From: Botryllus schlosseri
Taxonomy: Eukaryota
NCBI GenBank assembly: GCA_051294905.1
Contig: CM119372.1
Location: 11,844,001 to 11,908,000 of the forward strand
Direction of reading: 5' to 3'
Length of the DNA stretch: 64,000 nucleotides
Made by a program: the position numbers and the translations under genes. The notes under the pieces are model-generated. The model did no database searches. It worked only from the letters and a program-made list of their open reading frames with translations, and was not told the origin of the DNA. Shown piece after piece: positions 39,301 through 54,029 of the stretch; position 1 is the stretch's first letter; each line of letters starts with the position of its first letter.

Positions 39301-42300
39301 TCCACGACAGTTGAACTCGTGAAACATTCGAGTCAGCAAGTTGGAGGGCAAAGCTCCGTGTACGACATCGTAACCGTATATCGTCGCTGTGGAATCAAAG
39401 TAGCTCATGTCCATTTTTCAAATTTTGAGATTCCTTGGCCGTGGTTATGTTTGTCACATCGTTTCAAAGTTTACCAGGCACAAGGCATATTTAATGCGTT
39501 GGATGTGCTTGTTTATACCGCCATACACGACTGTAACGAGGCTGCATTTTATTAACAACTTCACACCTGTGTTTTGTCGTCGATACCGAGCGTTCTCGCT
39601 CACCTACAGCTATTCATTTCAGTCAAACCGCAATAACCACGCTCGCACAGACGCAAAGATGGAAACGACAATATAATTGCGATCGCATTTGCACCGATGG
39701 TGGATTAATATTCAGGAGCAGACAGCCAAAACTTTATTTGCGAAAATATCGTTGTAAAAATTGAGACGTTTAAACGTATATATATTTACTAAGATCAGCT
39801 TCTTGATTCATATTGAAATGAAATATTTTCGGCTGACACTCGTCAGGGGTAATCGTCAACAACTAGTAGAGAATTCAAAAGAACATCGTATATCAACAAT
39901 TGTATTACAAAAATATGACGTCACCAGCATGAAATGTCGATTACGAGAGTGTTCAATGTACTATTTTTAGATGATACACAAAGTCTTTTTGTTGGCACAG
40001 CCCCTGACGTGTGCCGGCCAAAAATATACAGGTTCATTTCAATATGAATATACTATTCAATTAACTTAGATTCGCATCACATAGTTTGAAATCACTGTCG
40101 CAGATTTAAAGAAACGCGCCAGAACAAACACAGTCATACACACACACACACACACACACAATCACGGTTCCGTGTTTCCGCACAGTCGGTCACTGCGCAT
40201 TCTCCGAATCGACCCCACCACAGCAAAAGATCTGACCTGGCCTGCCGTAACATGGCCACACATCCCGGCACCTCCCTCGCGTGCAACTTCCGCTGTATCT
40301 TCTTCAACGCGCGTTTCTGTTGCTCCTCCTCGCCCACGCCCGAAGTGGGGTCGAAAAGGTCCAAGGGAGAGCCTGCCTCGGGGAGGTCCTTGCTCTGAAG
40401 CGACACAAATTTCAAAATCGTTGCAAAAGAAATCGAAAATATCAGCGGTGCTCACCTGAGCCGAAGCCTTCGCCGAATCCTCGATTTCGTCCCAGAGAGA
40501 GCGTCTCTCTTCCTCGGTCAGCGAGCTTTCCGCGGCGCCCTGAGTGCCGTCGGGCTTTTTCCGCTTCTTCTTGATTTTGCGAGTCTTCTCCACGATTACC
40601 GCAGAGCCTCTGACAAAAAGGAAATTGTCAGCAGCGAAGAAATCAGTTCTCGCGAGTAGGGACGGGTTGGGTACTCAAATCTGAAGCGAGCATTAATTCT
40701 AATGATCCGATGAGTCGAGTAGTAAAAACAGATTGTTTTCGAGCAACGAAGTTATATGCTCTATGCCGCTAAGCGTGAATTTATCACCAGAAGTTATAGT
40801 TCCGATACTATTTTCCACAGTGTTAACCTTGAAAATATGATAGGCGGTATAATAGCACGGAAAACATGTATTACAAAGCTACAAATTACCTCTGCGGTGT
40901 ACAACGGGCGTTATACTGCTTGAGGTAGCATAAAAGGTACGTATTTCAACTTTCCATATCTTTCATACTTTTATGATGACGTCATAACGAGTGATCCTCG
41001 AATACACGACCCGAAGCCTGACACTTGATTCAGAATCGAATCGCACAGGCGGTCGATTCTGCCCGGCCGTACTCGGAGGCAGAGGCAGCCCGTAACAAAG
41101 AGCTTCTACTTTCTGGCTTACACTAGATTTCTCTACTTGTACTACTAACTCAAGCTGTCATACTTTTAGACTGCTTCCAGTTGCACTTTAGGCAAAACGA
41201 CTTCCCTTTTTACAATTTAGATTGTGAAAAGAAGATAGTTGTTTTGCGGTGCGATTTTTGATCACTTTTGCGAAAGATTTTGCTACTACTTGCACTCGGG
41301 CGGTCATGTTTTTAGACTACTTCCACTTCTACAATCAATAGAACGGAGTAAAGAGTAGTTTCGGATAGGTTCGCGCCAGCGTTACGTACGAAACTGTCGC
41401 AACGACTGGGCGAAACATCCCCGGGACATATTTTCAAAAATTGCGCTTATTCATGGTGTCATTCGTCATTTAGCGTTAGTCGAGAAAATCAATGAGGCAT
41501 TTTCGAGAGCAGTCCGTGTCCTGTTAACTGAGAATAGTAGCTCTCGACCAAATCAACTTTACAAACTACTTATTGGAGCGCTTTTCAGACCTTTATTTTC
41601 TGCTTCCACTTAAAGACATGTTTTGGAAATAACTGCTTCTACTTGTAAACGAATAGAAATTTACTCGAGCAACAATCCTGACTATTTTGACCTCCACCAA
41701 TCCTGCTTACTTGCATTGCTTCTCGAAGAGTCTCGTAAACAAATGTGTCGTCTCAATCAGATCAGCGAGGTATCCGTGCGACAGTTTCGACTCGTCGTAC
41801 TTTTGCAGCAGCGTCGCAAACACTTCCCGGTACTCGTGAGTGTAGAACAAGTTGTCTGTGATGATTCGGACCGTGAAAACGCGTAAAGGGGGCTCGGCAA
41901 AGGACCGACGTACTCAGCAAGACTTTGGCGCTCTCTTTGAACTGCTCGTTTTCGGACGACAGCATCGAGTGGACGGTGAGGAGGAATTCTTTGTAACATT
42001 TCAGGGCACAGTGCATTCTGAAATCGAGAAGTGATTAACACGGCTTCGAGGCGGAAAAATGAGTTTTGCATGTTAGCACGAAGATAATACAGAGATTGGC
42101 ACGGAAAACAACGGTCAAAATAAAGACTGCGCTCATTTTCACTGGGCCTACTCAAGATTACAGCCATAGATCAGTGGTGTCCAATATTTTCATGAATGTG
42201 ACCTGACTTCCGACTTGAAAATGTCCCAAGAACCCATTACAAATTTAATTAGCTGCATACAAAAAAAGACACCTCCTTCGCCTAGACTTACTCACGTGGC

Positions 42301-45300
42301 CTACCTGAGAAGCTGATTACTAAAATACGATACTATCAAGAGGTCAGCACTAGGGCTCTTCAAAAATGACTTTTTTTCTCAAATCGTACTGGCTACTTGA
42401 TAAAATTGTTAGGTTACCTAATTTAAGCCTACACACAAAATTTGGTTGAATTCCAGCCAGTAACCGCTTTGCTACAGGAGAAGAGAGTTTCTATATATTA
42501 TATAAAAATTATTATTAAAAAATTTGAAAATTTTCTGTTCACCCCATGAAAGTGTTAGGCTGTCTATAGAAACGATGCTCACCAAATTTGGTTCAATTCC
42601 AACCAGTGGAAGCGGAGTTATTGCCGTCGAAAAATTGGGATTTGAATAAAATAGTATTTACTACGGTGACCGATTCTTTGTTCATTTATTATAGTTCTGC
42701 TCACCGTAAACTATTTTATTCAAATCAAAATTATTCGACGGCAATAACTCCGCTTCCACTGGTTGGAATTGAACCAAATTTGGTGAGGATCGTTCCTATA
42801 GACAGCCCAACACTTTCATGGGGTGAACAGAAAATTTTCGAATTTTTTATTATTTATTTTTATATAATAAATAGAAACTTTCTTCTCCTGTAGCAAAGCG
42901 GTTACTGGCTGGAATTGAACCAAATTTTGTGTGTAGGCTTAAATTAGGCAACCTAACAATTTTATCAATTAGCCAGTACGATTTGAGAAAAAAAAGTCAT
43001 TTTTGAAGAGCCCTAGTCAGCACCTTAGTGACTCCCAGAAAAAACCAAACAACCCACAGGTTGACAACCCAGCCGTAGAATCTCCTACTCTCCCATAAAG
43101 AGTCCTTTAACACATAATTTTCAGTAATCAAAAAACCATTGCGGAAAATCATAACATATCATAAAATAATTTAGCATCGAGTCCGTAAATTGGTACAAAG
43201 TCGCACCTCGCGTCCTGTCAATCATTGTGCAGCTGAAATCCAGGGTTGTAACCAAGTAACAAAGCTCCGAGTCACGAGTCATTCTCACTTTTACGGTTTT
43301 GACTCGAGTCAAGTCGAGTCATCTTCAATTCACCACCGAGTCAAGTCCGAGTCCAAGTCATCGAGGTTCGAGTCCGAGTCATGGTATTATGACTCGAGTC
43401 CGAGTCCAAGTCATTGTGCTGACTGCTCAGTTTCCAGTTAAAGTCTTGTTAAAGCCACTCTTATAACTCTGTTTGGTGATATCGAAATGTTCGCATTTAT
43501 AATATACTTATTTTCCTCACTTTTAACAGTTTCTGGTTGCATTTTCAAGTACCAGTACCAACAGACGTAATCCCAATAGAGAGGTTACTTTACTGTTCTT
43601 TGAAAATACAATGAAATGTCGGTCTCGGCCGGCTGAATATCGAGTCATATCACTTAGTTCGAGTCATGCGCAATGACTCGAATCATTACAACCCTGCTGA
43701 AATTCAGGTCAGGACCCAGGGGCGTAGCCAGGGGGGATTTCGGGGGTCGAAACCCCCTCCTTTAGAAACGAGAAAACCCCTCCTTTAACGCGAAACCTCG
43801 CCCTTTTTAAATGACCACTCTGACGCTAATACTCGGTTGCAATTCAATAAGTTGTATTATCAGTATTGCGCGCGGCCAATTAACGAAAGGCGCGATCAAT
43901 TAACGAAAGGCGTGTTGCTAATTATCGAGATTCGTCCGTGCGCATTGCACTGCACAATGTAACGCGACACGATCTCCCGCTGAGATGATTGCGAAATCAG
44001 GTCATTCATTGTAGCGCATTCGGCAATCATTACTGGCCTGATTTACCGCGTCTCCAACAAGCCTAATTCCGCTGGCTTGAATAATCACATCTGCAATAGG
44101 CCCTGTGCGCATGATATCGTCACTGGCCTTCACAATCACATCTGCATTGGCTTGGTGTGCACGATATCTTCGCTGGCCTACACAATCGCATCTGCAATAG
44201 GCCTAGTACTAAAGATATCGCTAGCCTAACTACCGCGTCTTGGGCCTACCATGCTTTGGCTCCTATTTCTCGATGGCTTGGATAAAATGCTATTAAGTAT
44301 ATGCTGATTAGCGATTGTGATTAAAGAGTGACATCTCGTAACTGAATGACATCGAATGTCCGCAATCATGTTCGACGCGTGCGTACATGCGTAATTGATT
44401 TCCACTAGTCTTCAGTTATAGTCCAGTAGGCTTGAGTTATAAAAGAGGTAAGGTTTGAGCCACCTGAAATCGGCGTCATTATAGCACATATTCCATAAAA
44501 ACTCGTACATTTTTACTTGCGCAAATCGTTGCCGAGGCTACGTAAGACCCAAGACGCAGTGATGAGCAGGCGTATTTAATTGTTGGACGCTTTGATAAAC
44601 GCGCGAATTTAATTGTTCGTCGCGTTAATAAAGCGCGTATTCAAATGTTCGACGCGTGCGTATTTCATTGTTCACGACAGATCAGGGAGTCGCTAATTAA
44701 CAGCACTACCCGACTCGTCGACAAGCTTATCATACGCCTATAATCGCCAACACGGGAATCTTGTATAATCGTTATTTACGCATCACATGTACTTAACCCT
44801 AATGAATCGATGCTACGTTACTAAATTCGAAAAAAATCGAACCCCCCCTTTTATTTCAACCCCCCCCCCTTATTTTTTGGCTGGCTACGCGCCTGTCAGG
44901 ACCAATGCAAGGGGGGATATTCTAGCGCGACAACAGCGAGGCAGTAACAGTACCTTCTCCCCCAAGTCACACATTCTTGCTTGTCGGTAACCATCAGTTC
45001 CAAGCAGTTCGTCATGCTGACGTCAATGAAATGCAGAGTCGCGATCTGAATCGTCTCCGACACGCGATCCACGTTGAATCGGTATTTCCTGTAGCACAAA
45101 ACCAACTCGAGCGACTCGCTAAGTAAGACGTGACGCGGAAAAATTTGAAAACCGGCACCTGTTGAATTCCATGAGGAAGCTCATGATGGTGAAGTAGTAA
45201 GTCTCGTCGTGGTCGTCGGACCTCTCACGGGACACCTTGTCCCTGATGCTGAACATGAAATGATTGTAGCCGCTCTCCAGCATCTTGACGCAGAAGTCCT

Positions 45301-48300
45301 TCATGATCTGGCAAACGTCGCGCGAAGCCTTCCTGAATATCGCGTCTCCGTTACGACGGGGCCTCAAACGTAGTATTCAGACAGGAGATAGGATGATACG
45401 ATGACAGGCCGTGACAAAACTAATTGGAGAAGGCAAATTTTACTCAAATTTCTTCCCCGTCAAGTTATATTACTTCTACTTCGAGTGCCGACGATGACTG
45501 CATCGACCACCTCTGTCTTATAGGCTCCTCATTGCTATCCTAGCTGCATGCACAATAGGGCTGTTCAAAAATAACCTTTTTTCCTGAATCTTGCTTGGCT
45601 ACATGATTAAATCGTTAGCTTGCCTTGAAAACGACGCGCACCAAATTTGAACTCGTTCCAACCAATATTCGCGAATTTCGTACAGTTTGAAAATTTTGAA
45701 TTTGCCCAAAAATGCAAAAAAAATCCGTCTAAATTTTCTGCCAACCCCATGAAATTGTTGCGCTGTCTTCAAAAACGATGCAAAACAAATTTGACTCAAT
45801 TCTAAGCCGTAGAAATGGAGTTATGTCTGTTTTTCTTTGATAATTCTGGGATTATCCTTGATCGGTGGATCATCCCAGAATTATCATCGAAAAACTTGAA
45901 TAACTCCGCTTCTACAGCTTGGAATTGAGTCAAATTTGTTTTGCATGGTTTTTGAATTTCATGGGGTTGGAAGGAAATTTTGAAAAAAAAAATTGCATTT
46001 TTGGGCAAATTCAAAATTTTCAAACGGTACGAAACCTGCGAATATTGGTTGGAATGAATTGAAATTTGGCATGCGTCGTTTTTCAAGGCAACCTCACGAT
46101 TCAATCACGTAGCCAGCAAGATTCAGGAAAAAAGGTTATTTTTGGAACAGCCCTAATGCGCAATGGCCTACAAAATTCTACTGGAGCGGGAGTAGATCAT
46201 GATTAAAGTCGCAAATCCGCACGCATAAAAAATCTGTGCAACTGCCGAGCCCCGCCTTAAACCCCCGACCTTGTCGCATTCCCCTCGCTCAGCGGTCTTC
46301 TGTTTTTGGCTTTCCTCAACTTTGACTTTCCATCGTCGAAACTGATCGAGTCGCATTTGTGCAGGGATTTGTGAATGACCAAGTCATTGGCGTCGGCCAA
46401 AGCCGGCATTCCCCGAGCCACATACGTCCCTCCGAACCTCGAATGCCTGAAAAGATAGAGTGGTGTTAGTCTCAATCTCACCCAGAGTTGGATCAATTAC
46501 ATTATTTCAGTTCAATTACAATTACAATTACAATTACTTTCATGCATGTTTCAATTACTTTACAATTACAATTACTCGATGCTAAAAATATCAAATTACA
46601 ATTACAATTGCAATTACTCCTTGCATGCTTCAATTACATTACAATTACAATTGCTGCTGTTGAACATGTAATTGAATAATCATAAATTCAACCGTGCTCC
46701 TTGACAACCGTAGCGTCGTATTTAACAATTCAAGTCTAGTTCAGATTGTGTAGTAATAAATGCGTTTATGTGCGTACATAGTATGATATGTAAGATGTCA
46801 TTGTGACGTAACATAAGCGTGTTTTGTATGCTCGGTAATTATGGCTCACGTAATTGGAAAAGTAAAATGTTATTTACCTAATTTCCTATGGGTTAGGATT
46901 AAGGATAGGGTGCAGTATGTCGTTGAAAAAGTATTATAATATATGCACGTGTTGGATTTGCGTATATAGTATATAATTAAAGAAATAATATTATTTTTAT
47001 CGAGGGACGTAGGAATTAGGATGAGGAGTAAAAACGAAACCGTGCTTTGTCAGATAAGACGTTATATAATATCCAGTGGTCTGGTTAGTTAGCCAGACGA
47101 AGTAACGATGCAGTATCGTGATCTGAAATCGTATTGTAGATTGCCAACCCACGGATAGATGCGCAAGATGTGAGTCACGGATGAATGTACCGACAAACGT
47201 ACTGCAGAGCCGGCTAAAAGCAGCAAACTTTGTAGTCCTAGAGCTGGCGATCCATGCGTCCAAATTTGATGCATCTGGTCTTTATCGTAAGCTATTGATG
47301 TACTAATTCCGATAATACAAAATAAAATCTCGTCAGGGCAATGCAACTGCTCCAAAATAGCCGTTTAAGGCCGACTGTTCTGAAAAGTGAGAGCGCTGCA
47401 CCAGCATGACCACAACAATTACTAATTACGCCCAGCGATTGTTCAGAACAATGCCGATTCCCAGACTTTCACGACTATTTCGGGATGGCACCATTGCCTG
47501 GAAATATACTTTTATTGCGGAATCAGTGCGACACTAGCTTTCGATTAGGACCATACATATCAAATTTCGACGCTTGGATCGCCAGCTATGGGACTATCAA
47601 TTCTGCTGCTTTTAGCCGGCTCAGCAGTTCGCTTCTCGGCGTATTCAATCGTGAGTCACGTGTTGCGAATCCATCCGTTGGTTAGTGATCTAAAATTGTA
47701 TACAATGGCAGCCGAGGCCAGCATAGCGGTGAAAATAAAAAAAAACTTCGCCCGCAGGGGCGCAGTCAAGGGCTTCCGCGAATGAATCCACCAAATTCCT
47801 TGTCGACATTAGAGAATGCATTATAAGTCAATTATTTTATGTTGTGCTTGTCAGGTCTCAATAGCAATTAATGTAATTGAAATTGAGCAAAATTTTTGTC
47901 AAATTACAATAACAATTACACAAAATAAAAATGCTTCAATTACAATTACATTACAATTACATTGAAAAATGTAATTAATTACATTCAATTACAATTGCAA
48001 ATTACAATTGATCCAACTCTGATCTCACCGCAGTAAAATGAAGCTTACAGCTTCCACCAACCTACCAGAGTAGGTCACCTGCACCCTGCACCTGATATTA
48101 AACCAACTAGGAATGTGTCACCAACAAGGTTTAATTCACTTCATTGATATCAGTATCGATGGGTCCGGTAAGACACCAAGCAATAGACAAAAAACCAAAG
48201 GAGTGCAACCTGTTCGACAAGCAAACCCATTAACTTCAGAATTGGTAACCTATATCTACAAAATTCGTTATCAGACAACATAAAGTTATAGCAAATACAA

Positions 48301-50909
48301 TAAAGTATAAAAATTTCAGATTATTAAATGAACTTTGTCAGAATATTCTTGCGCAAAATCATCATGTAGGCATATTTTCGTGTTTCATGTCCACATTTCT
48401 AAGCCCAATGGAGCTTTGCTCAAACCTACCAGACTAAACCAAATTAGAAACCAATTCCGCGGGTCGCCGATACTATTCAGCATTGGCACTTATATATTTC
48501 ACGAAAACTTCGAAAATGTGTCACATCACAAACTCATCCTATTCATCAATAGCCGTACAGCAAACCAATATCTGGGCTCAAAAGGCATCCAATGTGACTA
48601 TACAACCAGCAGTAAAAATGAGTTAGTCACCAGTTGTCCGCATAGCGGAGTGCATAAAAATTTCAGTGCCCGAATATCGCATGATCAACACCAACACCAA
48701 TTCAAATCATATGCCTGATATACTAGAAACACAAACCTGGAACTCAAATGGAGTCTATTCGCTTTATTCCTTTCACATTCCCTCGCCTTGATAGCTTCCA
48801 GCTCCTTGTCAATTCGCGGCGCTGGCTGAGAAGCATTGAATTTCGCGAGTTCCGAAGGATTCTAGACACATTCATCAACATACAGAAAACGACGCAGTCA
48901 CTACCTGCACAGCACAAACCTCATCCTTGAGAAGGAGCGCTATAATTTCGGCGACATGTAGACACCACCGTTGCTCCGTCGTAGACGAAGCCAGGTACAA
49001 CAGCATGGAGTCGACACCTGCATTGTGCATTGCGCTGCAAGGAATTTAGAAATAGATTATCGCCAACAGCACGAACAAATGGTACGTTACATGATCAATT
49101 TGTCTTGTAAGGACACATAATCGGATTGGTGTTCATCTTTCGGCGAAGAAATGTGAAGGATATTTCGGCAGAGCACCAAAATCCTTTCCACAGTCAGCGT
49201 GTCGTCCGGCAATCGATCTTCCCAATCCTTGTTGAAGATATCGTACACTTTTTGTGCGAGGACTTTCCAAATTTCCACATTCGAAAACTCCTACGCAAAG
49301 AAGGAAAACATTAGCGCATGCACATATCTAACCGTTAATCATCAAGTACCTGTTTATACGACACATTTAAAGCGAGGATATCCAAGTAGTTGTGGTACTG
49401 GTCGGCTTCTTTAGGGACTTTATTGCCAAAACAGAGTAATGCAGGCTGAGTGAGATTCACCAGGAGTCTACATGAAAGAAATACGATTTTAATCAACATC
49501 GATAGGCATCAGAAGGGATTGTTCGATGCAGCCCATGTACATTAGGGTTGTCCAAAATTTGGAAAATCTCAAAAATGCTGGATATCAATATCTCATTCTA
49601 TAGATTATGGATAAAAAACAACAATGAGTCTGAAATACACTCACAGTAAAGTCGTTAAGATTTGTCGCAAAGCGTTTGAAAGTAGCTACCGTCGAGTGGG
49701 CGTGCCAGCGACCATAGAACGGCAACAAGCTAGTAATCACGAAATCACGGCTCTCGATTGGCTAATCGGCTATGCTGCAATGATCACGACGGTAGTGGCT
49801 TGATGATCAGTTGTTAAAGGAGTCTGCTAAGAACGGCGGTGATTCTGTAAGCGCATTGTATGCTGGTTGGCAGATAATGATTTATTTAATATTTAATATT
49901 TCTCTGCGGTTGTGCTTTCCCGCGGCCAAAACAGACATGTGGGCTACTGCGGTTTCCTTCACAGTAAGCCAGTCATGCTTCAAGTTTATGTGAAGCAGCT
50001 GTTGTTTGTTCATAAACATGTATTTAGTAACTCAATATGTCTTGAATTAATCTTAAATCATAATCTGCCAACCGGCCTACAATGCGTTTACAGAATCACC
50101 GCCGTTAGCAGAGTCCTTTAACAACTAATCAGCAAGCCAGGACCGTCGTGAATCGCGATCATAGAAGTATAGCCGATTAGCCAATCGAGAGCCGTGATTT
50201 CGTGTTTACTAGTCTTGTTGCGGTTCCATGGTCGCTGACACGCCTACTCGTCGGTAGCTACTTTCATACGCATTGCGACAAATCTTAACGACTTTCCTGT
50301 GAGCTTATTCCAGGCTCATTGCTGTTTCTTATCAATAATCTATAGAATGAGACATTGATACCCATCATCTTTGAGATTTTCCAAATTTCGGACAATCCTA
50401 ATGTACATCATGACATCATATAGCTCATCTTCGAGACCAATTAATCCAATGCAGGTGTTAAGAAAATGTGTGTCCTCAAATGTGTTCTTAGCATTTAGAC
50501 GTGTAGCTCAAGCCATTAGTGTAACTCGATAATGGCTGGTAGAGTGATGCCACATAGGCACATATATCATGGTAAAGTTGGGATACAAGAATATTGAAGA
50601 GCAAACACGCACCTTAAAACAGCGCTACAGAGTGCTTCGTCGTTATAGTAATATTGCAAAATTGGGAGAAGGTCGTTTTTAACAACACGCACCGCGCCAA
50701 GTTGCATGCGGATATCATGATTGTCTTCTTGATGGAGGAATTTAATCAAGCACTTCACCGTATCTTCAAATAAACATTTAGAGTGTTATTTTCACTGAGT
50801 AGAATCAGAAGAGTCGCAGGCATTTACCCAAGCAATCCGGATCCTTGAAATACCGCTCTTCTTCCAAAGAGCCGAGAGCGTTACAAGTGGCAAGCAGATC
50901 GCTATCCAT
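30349..50909 (-). CDS. TIMELESS: Timeless (Tim2/Timeout-type TIMELESS, replication fork protection complex), multi-exon, apparently complete
   Basis: Exon 50909-50828 MDSDLLATCNALGSLEEERYFKDPDCL; 50763-50613 TVKCLIKFL...NDLLPIL; 49467-49350 LLVNLTQPALLCFG; ~49290-49090 VERILVLCRNILHI; ~46446-46268 RHSRFGGTY; ~45362-45159 HDETYY; ~42017 MHCALKCYKE; ~38030 VVELLFWK; PARP-binding-type region PLVPLTEEQENAM...FWRIP (~33670-33100); last exon ends RKKRMIISDDEDD*, stop at 30349-30351. Confidence 0.93.
34141..34873. mobile_element. hAT (Charlie-like) MITE in Timeless intron
   Basis: CAGTGATTCCCAAC...GTTGGGAACCACTG; TSD aactacgc/aactaagc; cggctcc subterminal motifs. Confidence 0.85.
38640..38932 (-). 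mobile_element. tRNA-derived SINE
   Basis: On the minus strand: Pol III box A TAGCGAAATGG (38922-38912) and box B GGTTCGATCCC (38878-38868), followed by a non-tRNA body gggtcagaccaaagac...gtggtatccctggcttcccgctggacgctcagca. 3' boundary approximate. Confidence 0.75.
40138..40159. repeat. (CA)n microsatellite
   Basis: About 11 CA units in a Timeless intron. Confidence 0.9.
42351..43015. mobile_element. Fold-back hAT-type MITE (near-complete palindrome), probably nested in an older MITE (~42172-43072)
   Basis: TAGGGCTCTTCAAAAATGAC...GTCATTTTTGAAGAGCCCTA; arms ~320 bp with a ~30-nt spacer; perfect TSD GTCAGCAC. Confidence 0.92.
43241..43696. mobile_element. hAT-type MITE, GACTCGAGTC family (inverted relative to 26003-26532)
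   Basis: CAGGGTTGTAA...TTACAACCCTG; TSD ctgaaatc/ctgaaatt. Confidence 0.87.
43717..44895. mobile_element. Non-autonomous hAT element with internal ~50-bp tandem repeats
   Basis: CAGGGGCGTAGCCAG...CTGGCTACGCGCCTG; perfect TSD TCAGGACC; three ~50-bp units (caatcacatctgcaataggcc...gatatc) at ~44068-44220. Confidence 0.9.
45556..46155. mobile_element. Fold-back hAT-type MITE
   Basis: TAGGGCTGTTC...GAACAGCCCTA; arms ~295 bp meeting near 45860; TSD atgcacaa/atgcgcaa. Confidence 0.9.
46483..48021. mobile_element. Non-autonomous hAT element with CAATTA subterminal arrays
   Basis: CAGAGTTGGATCAATT...AATTGATCCAACTCTG; perfect TSD ATCTCACC; (caatta)n at both ends; internal diverged inverted repeat ~47120-47290 versus ~47535-47700. 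Confidence 0.9.
49543..50400. mobile_element. Fold-back hAT-type MITE
   Basis: TAGGGTTGTCCAAAATTTGGAAAATCTC...GAGATTTTCCAAATTTCGGACAATCCTA; arms ~350 bp; perfect TSD ATGTACAT. Confidence 0.92.
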
Positions 50910-51963
50910 ATTTTGCTAATTAAATCACCATATTAGACCTAAGAGAAGGTATGAAAAATGGAGAGGGGTTATTCGCATGAAGTTCGAACAGGCACATACA
51001 TTCCATCGAAGAAACATATTAGTATGTTTGGTGCAATCAACACAATTCGCAGAGAGCAAGTTAGCACAATAGTGCCTGTATATAGCGAACAGGGGCCGGT
51101 AACAAAACAAGCAATATGTATACACATATATGTGTAGCTCACAAGTCTGTAAGCAAGAAAAACCCGCATTCCAACTGCATGGACATACAAAAGGCATATT
51201 CTAAACCAGATGGACTTCATCGAGGTGTTGTAAATTTTTACAACAATCCGCAAGTTGAAAATATATAAGCAGAAAATTTACCATTAAACAAATTCAGGAC
51301 CGTTGAGTGAGGTGGGTTGGACTTCGCATTACTGGGAGTACCCATTTCAATACCCAGCCACTTATTGTGCTATAACATTTGGAAACTTACAGCCAAAATT
51401 TGCAATTCGATTTTTCACCCATACTTCATTCAACAATACATTCACATACTGACATGGATAATCTAGGGTGCAAAATAGCTTGATTGCAAATTTTAACGGG
51501 ATAAATCATGGGAATACTACTCAACTCAATCCAACAGCAATGCGACCACACCAAACAACCAAGTTACACTTGCTACCTGAAGCAGGGACCTAAAATCATG
51601 TGTTTGTTTGAAAGACACATTTACCAACATAATATGTTCATAATTGTATGTTGCAGTTGAGTGGCATAATGACTGACAATCGTAGGCTACCAACGTAAGC
51701 ATGACATCAGGTCATACACAAAACAGCTCCAAATTTTGACTTGCTGAACAAAGCTTACCATGTCATAACTGTGATAACATTATTTATAAACACATCGAGG
51801 TAGCATCTCGAAATAACACCGTATCACACTGGAATATAACCTTCCCTAACAGCAAGAAATCCTAGAAAATCCAGCATTTTACTCATATCTGCAAGGTCAA
51901 AGATGTTCAGTTTGGCAAGTCAGTTGAACCTTCTGAAAATTCAACCAAAAAGAAGCGATCAAT

Positions 51964-53283
<1,320 letters not shown>

Positions 53284-54029
53284 CTATGCAGAGAGAGAGA
53301 CAATTTTATCAAATACAATTGCGAGTCATCCAGTTATCACCATTGATGGAGTACAATAGCGTCTTGCAAAGTCTCGCGTCATGAATAAATCGATAACAGG
53401 TCGCACAGCGGTAAGCAGTAACCCTATATTATCATAGATACATGAACATTTCATCTTTCAGTAATCTTATAACTGTCTTTCAGTAATAGAAAAGGTCTCA
53501 ATCAAAAGCTACGGTACTTTTGCACTGATTTTGAAAATATAAATTAAAATCTGCTCCGGGCACTGGAAACCCGCAAATAAAAACCGATAAATACAGATTG
53601 TAGCACACAAGCCTACGCATATCATCATAGAATTTACTATCAACGGGTATTTCTTTGCACGCAACAGACCACTCTACCAATACCAAACATATCGTTCCAT
53701 TCGGCTCTTAGCTGTTCATTAATTTCATTTATGAAATTTTCACTGTTACAATCACTGTAAGCATTTTGCGGAAAGCGGGGGTTCCCAGGAAAAATCATGC
53801 CTGACAGGACTATAGCTGTAATAATGGCCGAGATAACATTCAAGGATTCATATGAATAACTGATTGAACTTCAACTGATAATGTAAACAAGTAACATGAT
53901 AAGATTACCCCAGATTCACATACTACTATGTCATATGGAATACTACGGTAGTCTACTAGTACTAGGAATGTTGGATTCTTGTTTTATACCTGTTGGCTTT
54001 CGCCAAATGACAAAACATGGCAAATCTAC

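Noticed and set aside
38993..40574. Plus-strand ORFs overlapping Timeless exons (also 52055-52435 opposite RBBP4)
   Set aside because: Antisense shadows of real coding exons with no independent evidence.
30349..50909. Insect-type circadian timeless (tim1)
   Set aside because: N-terminus, RHSRFGG motif, PARP-binding region and DDEDD terminus match the Tim2/mammalian TIMELESS type.
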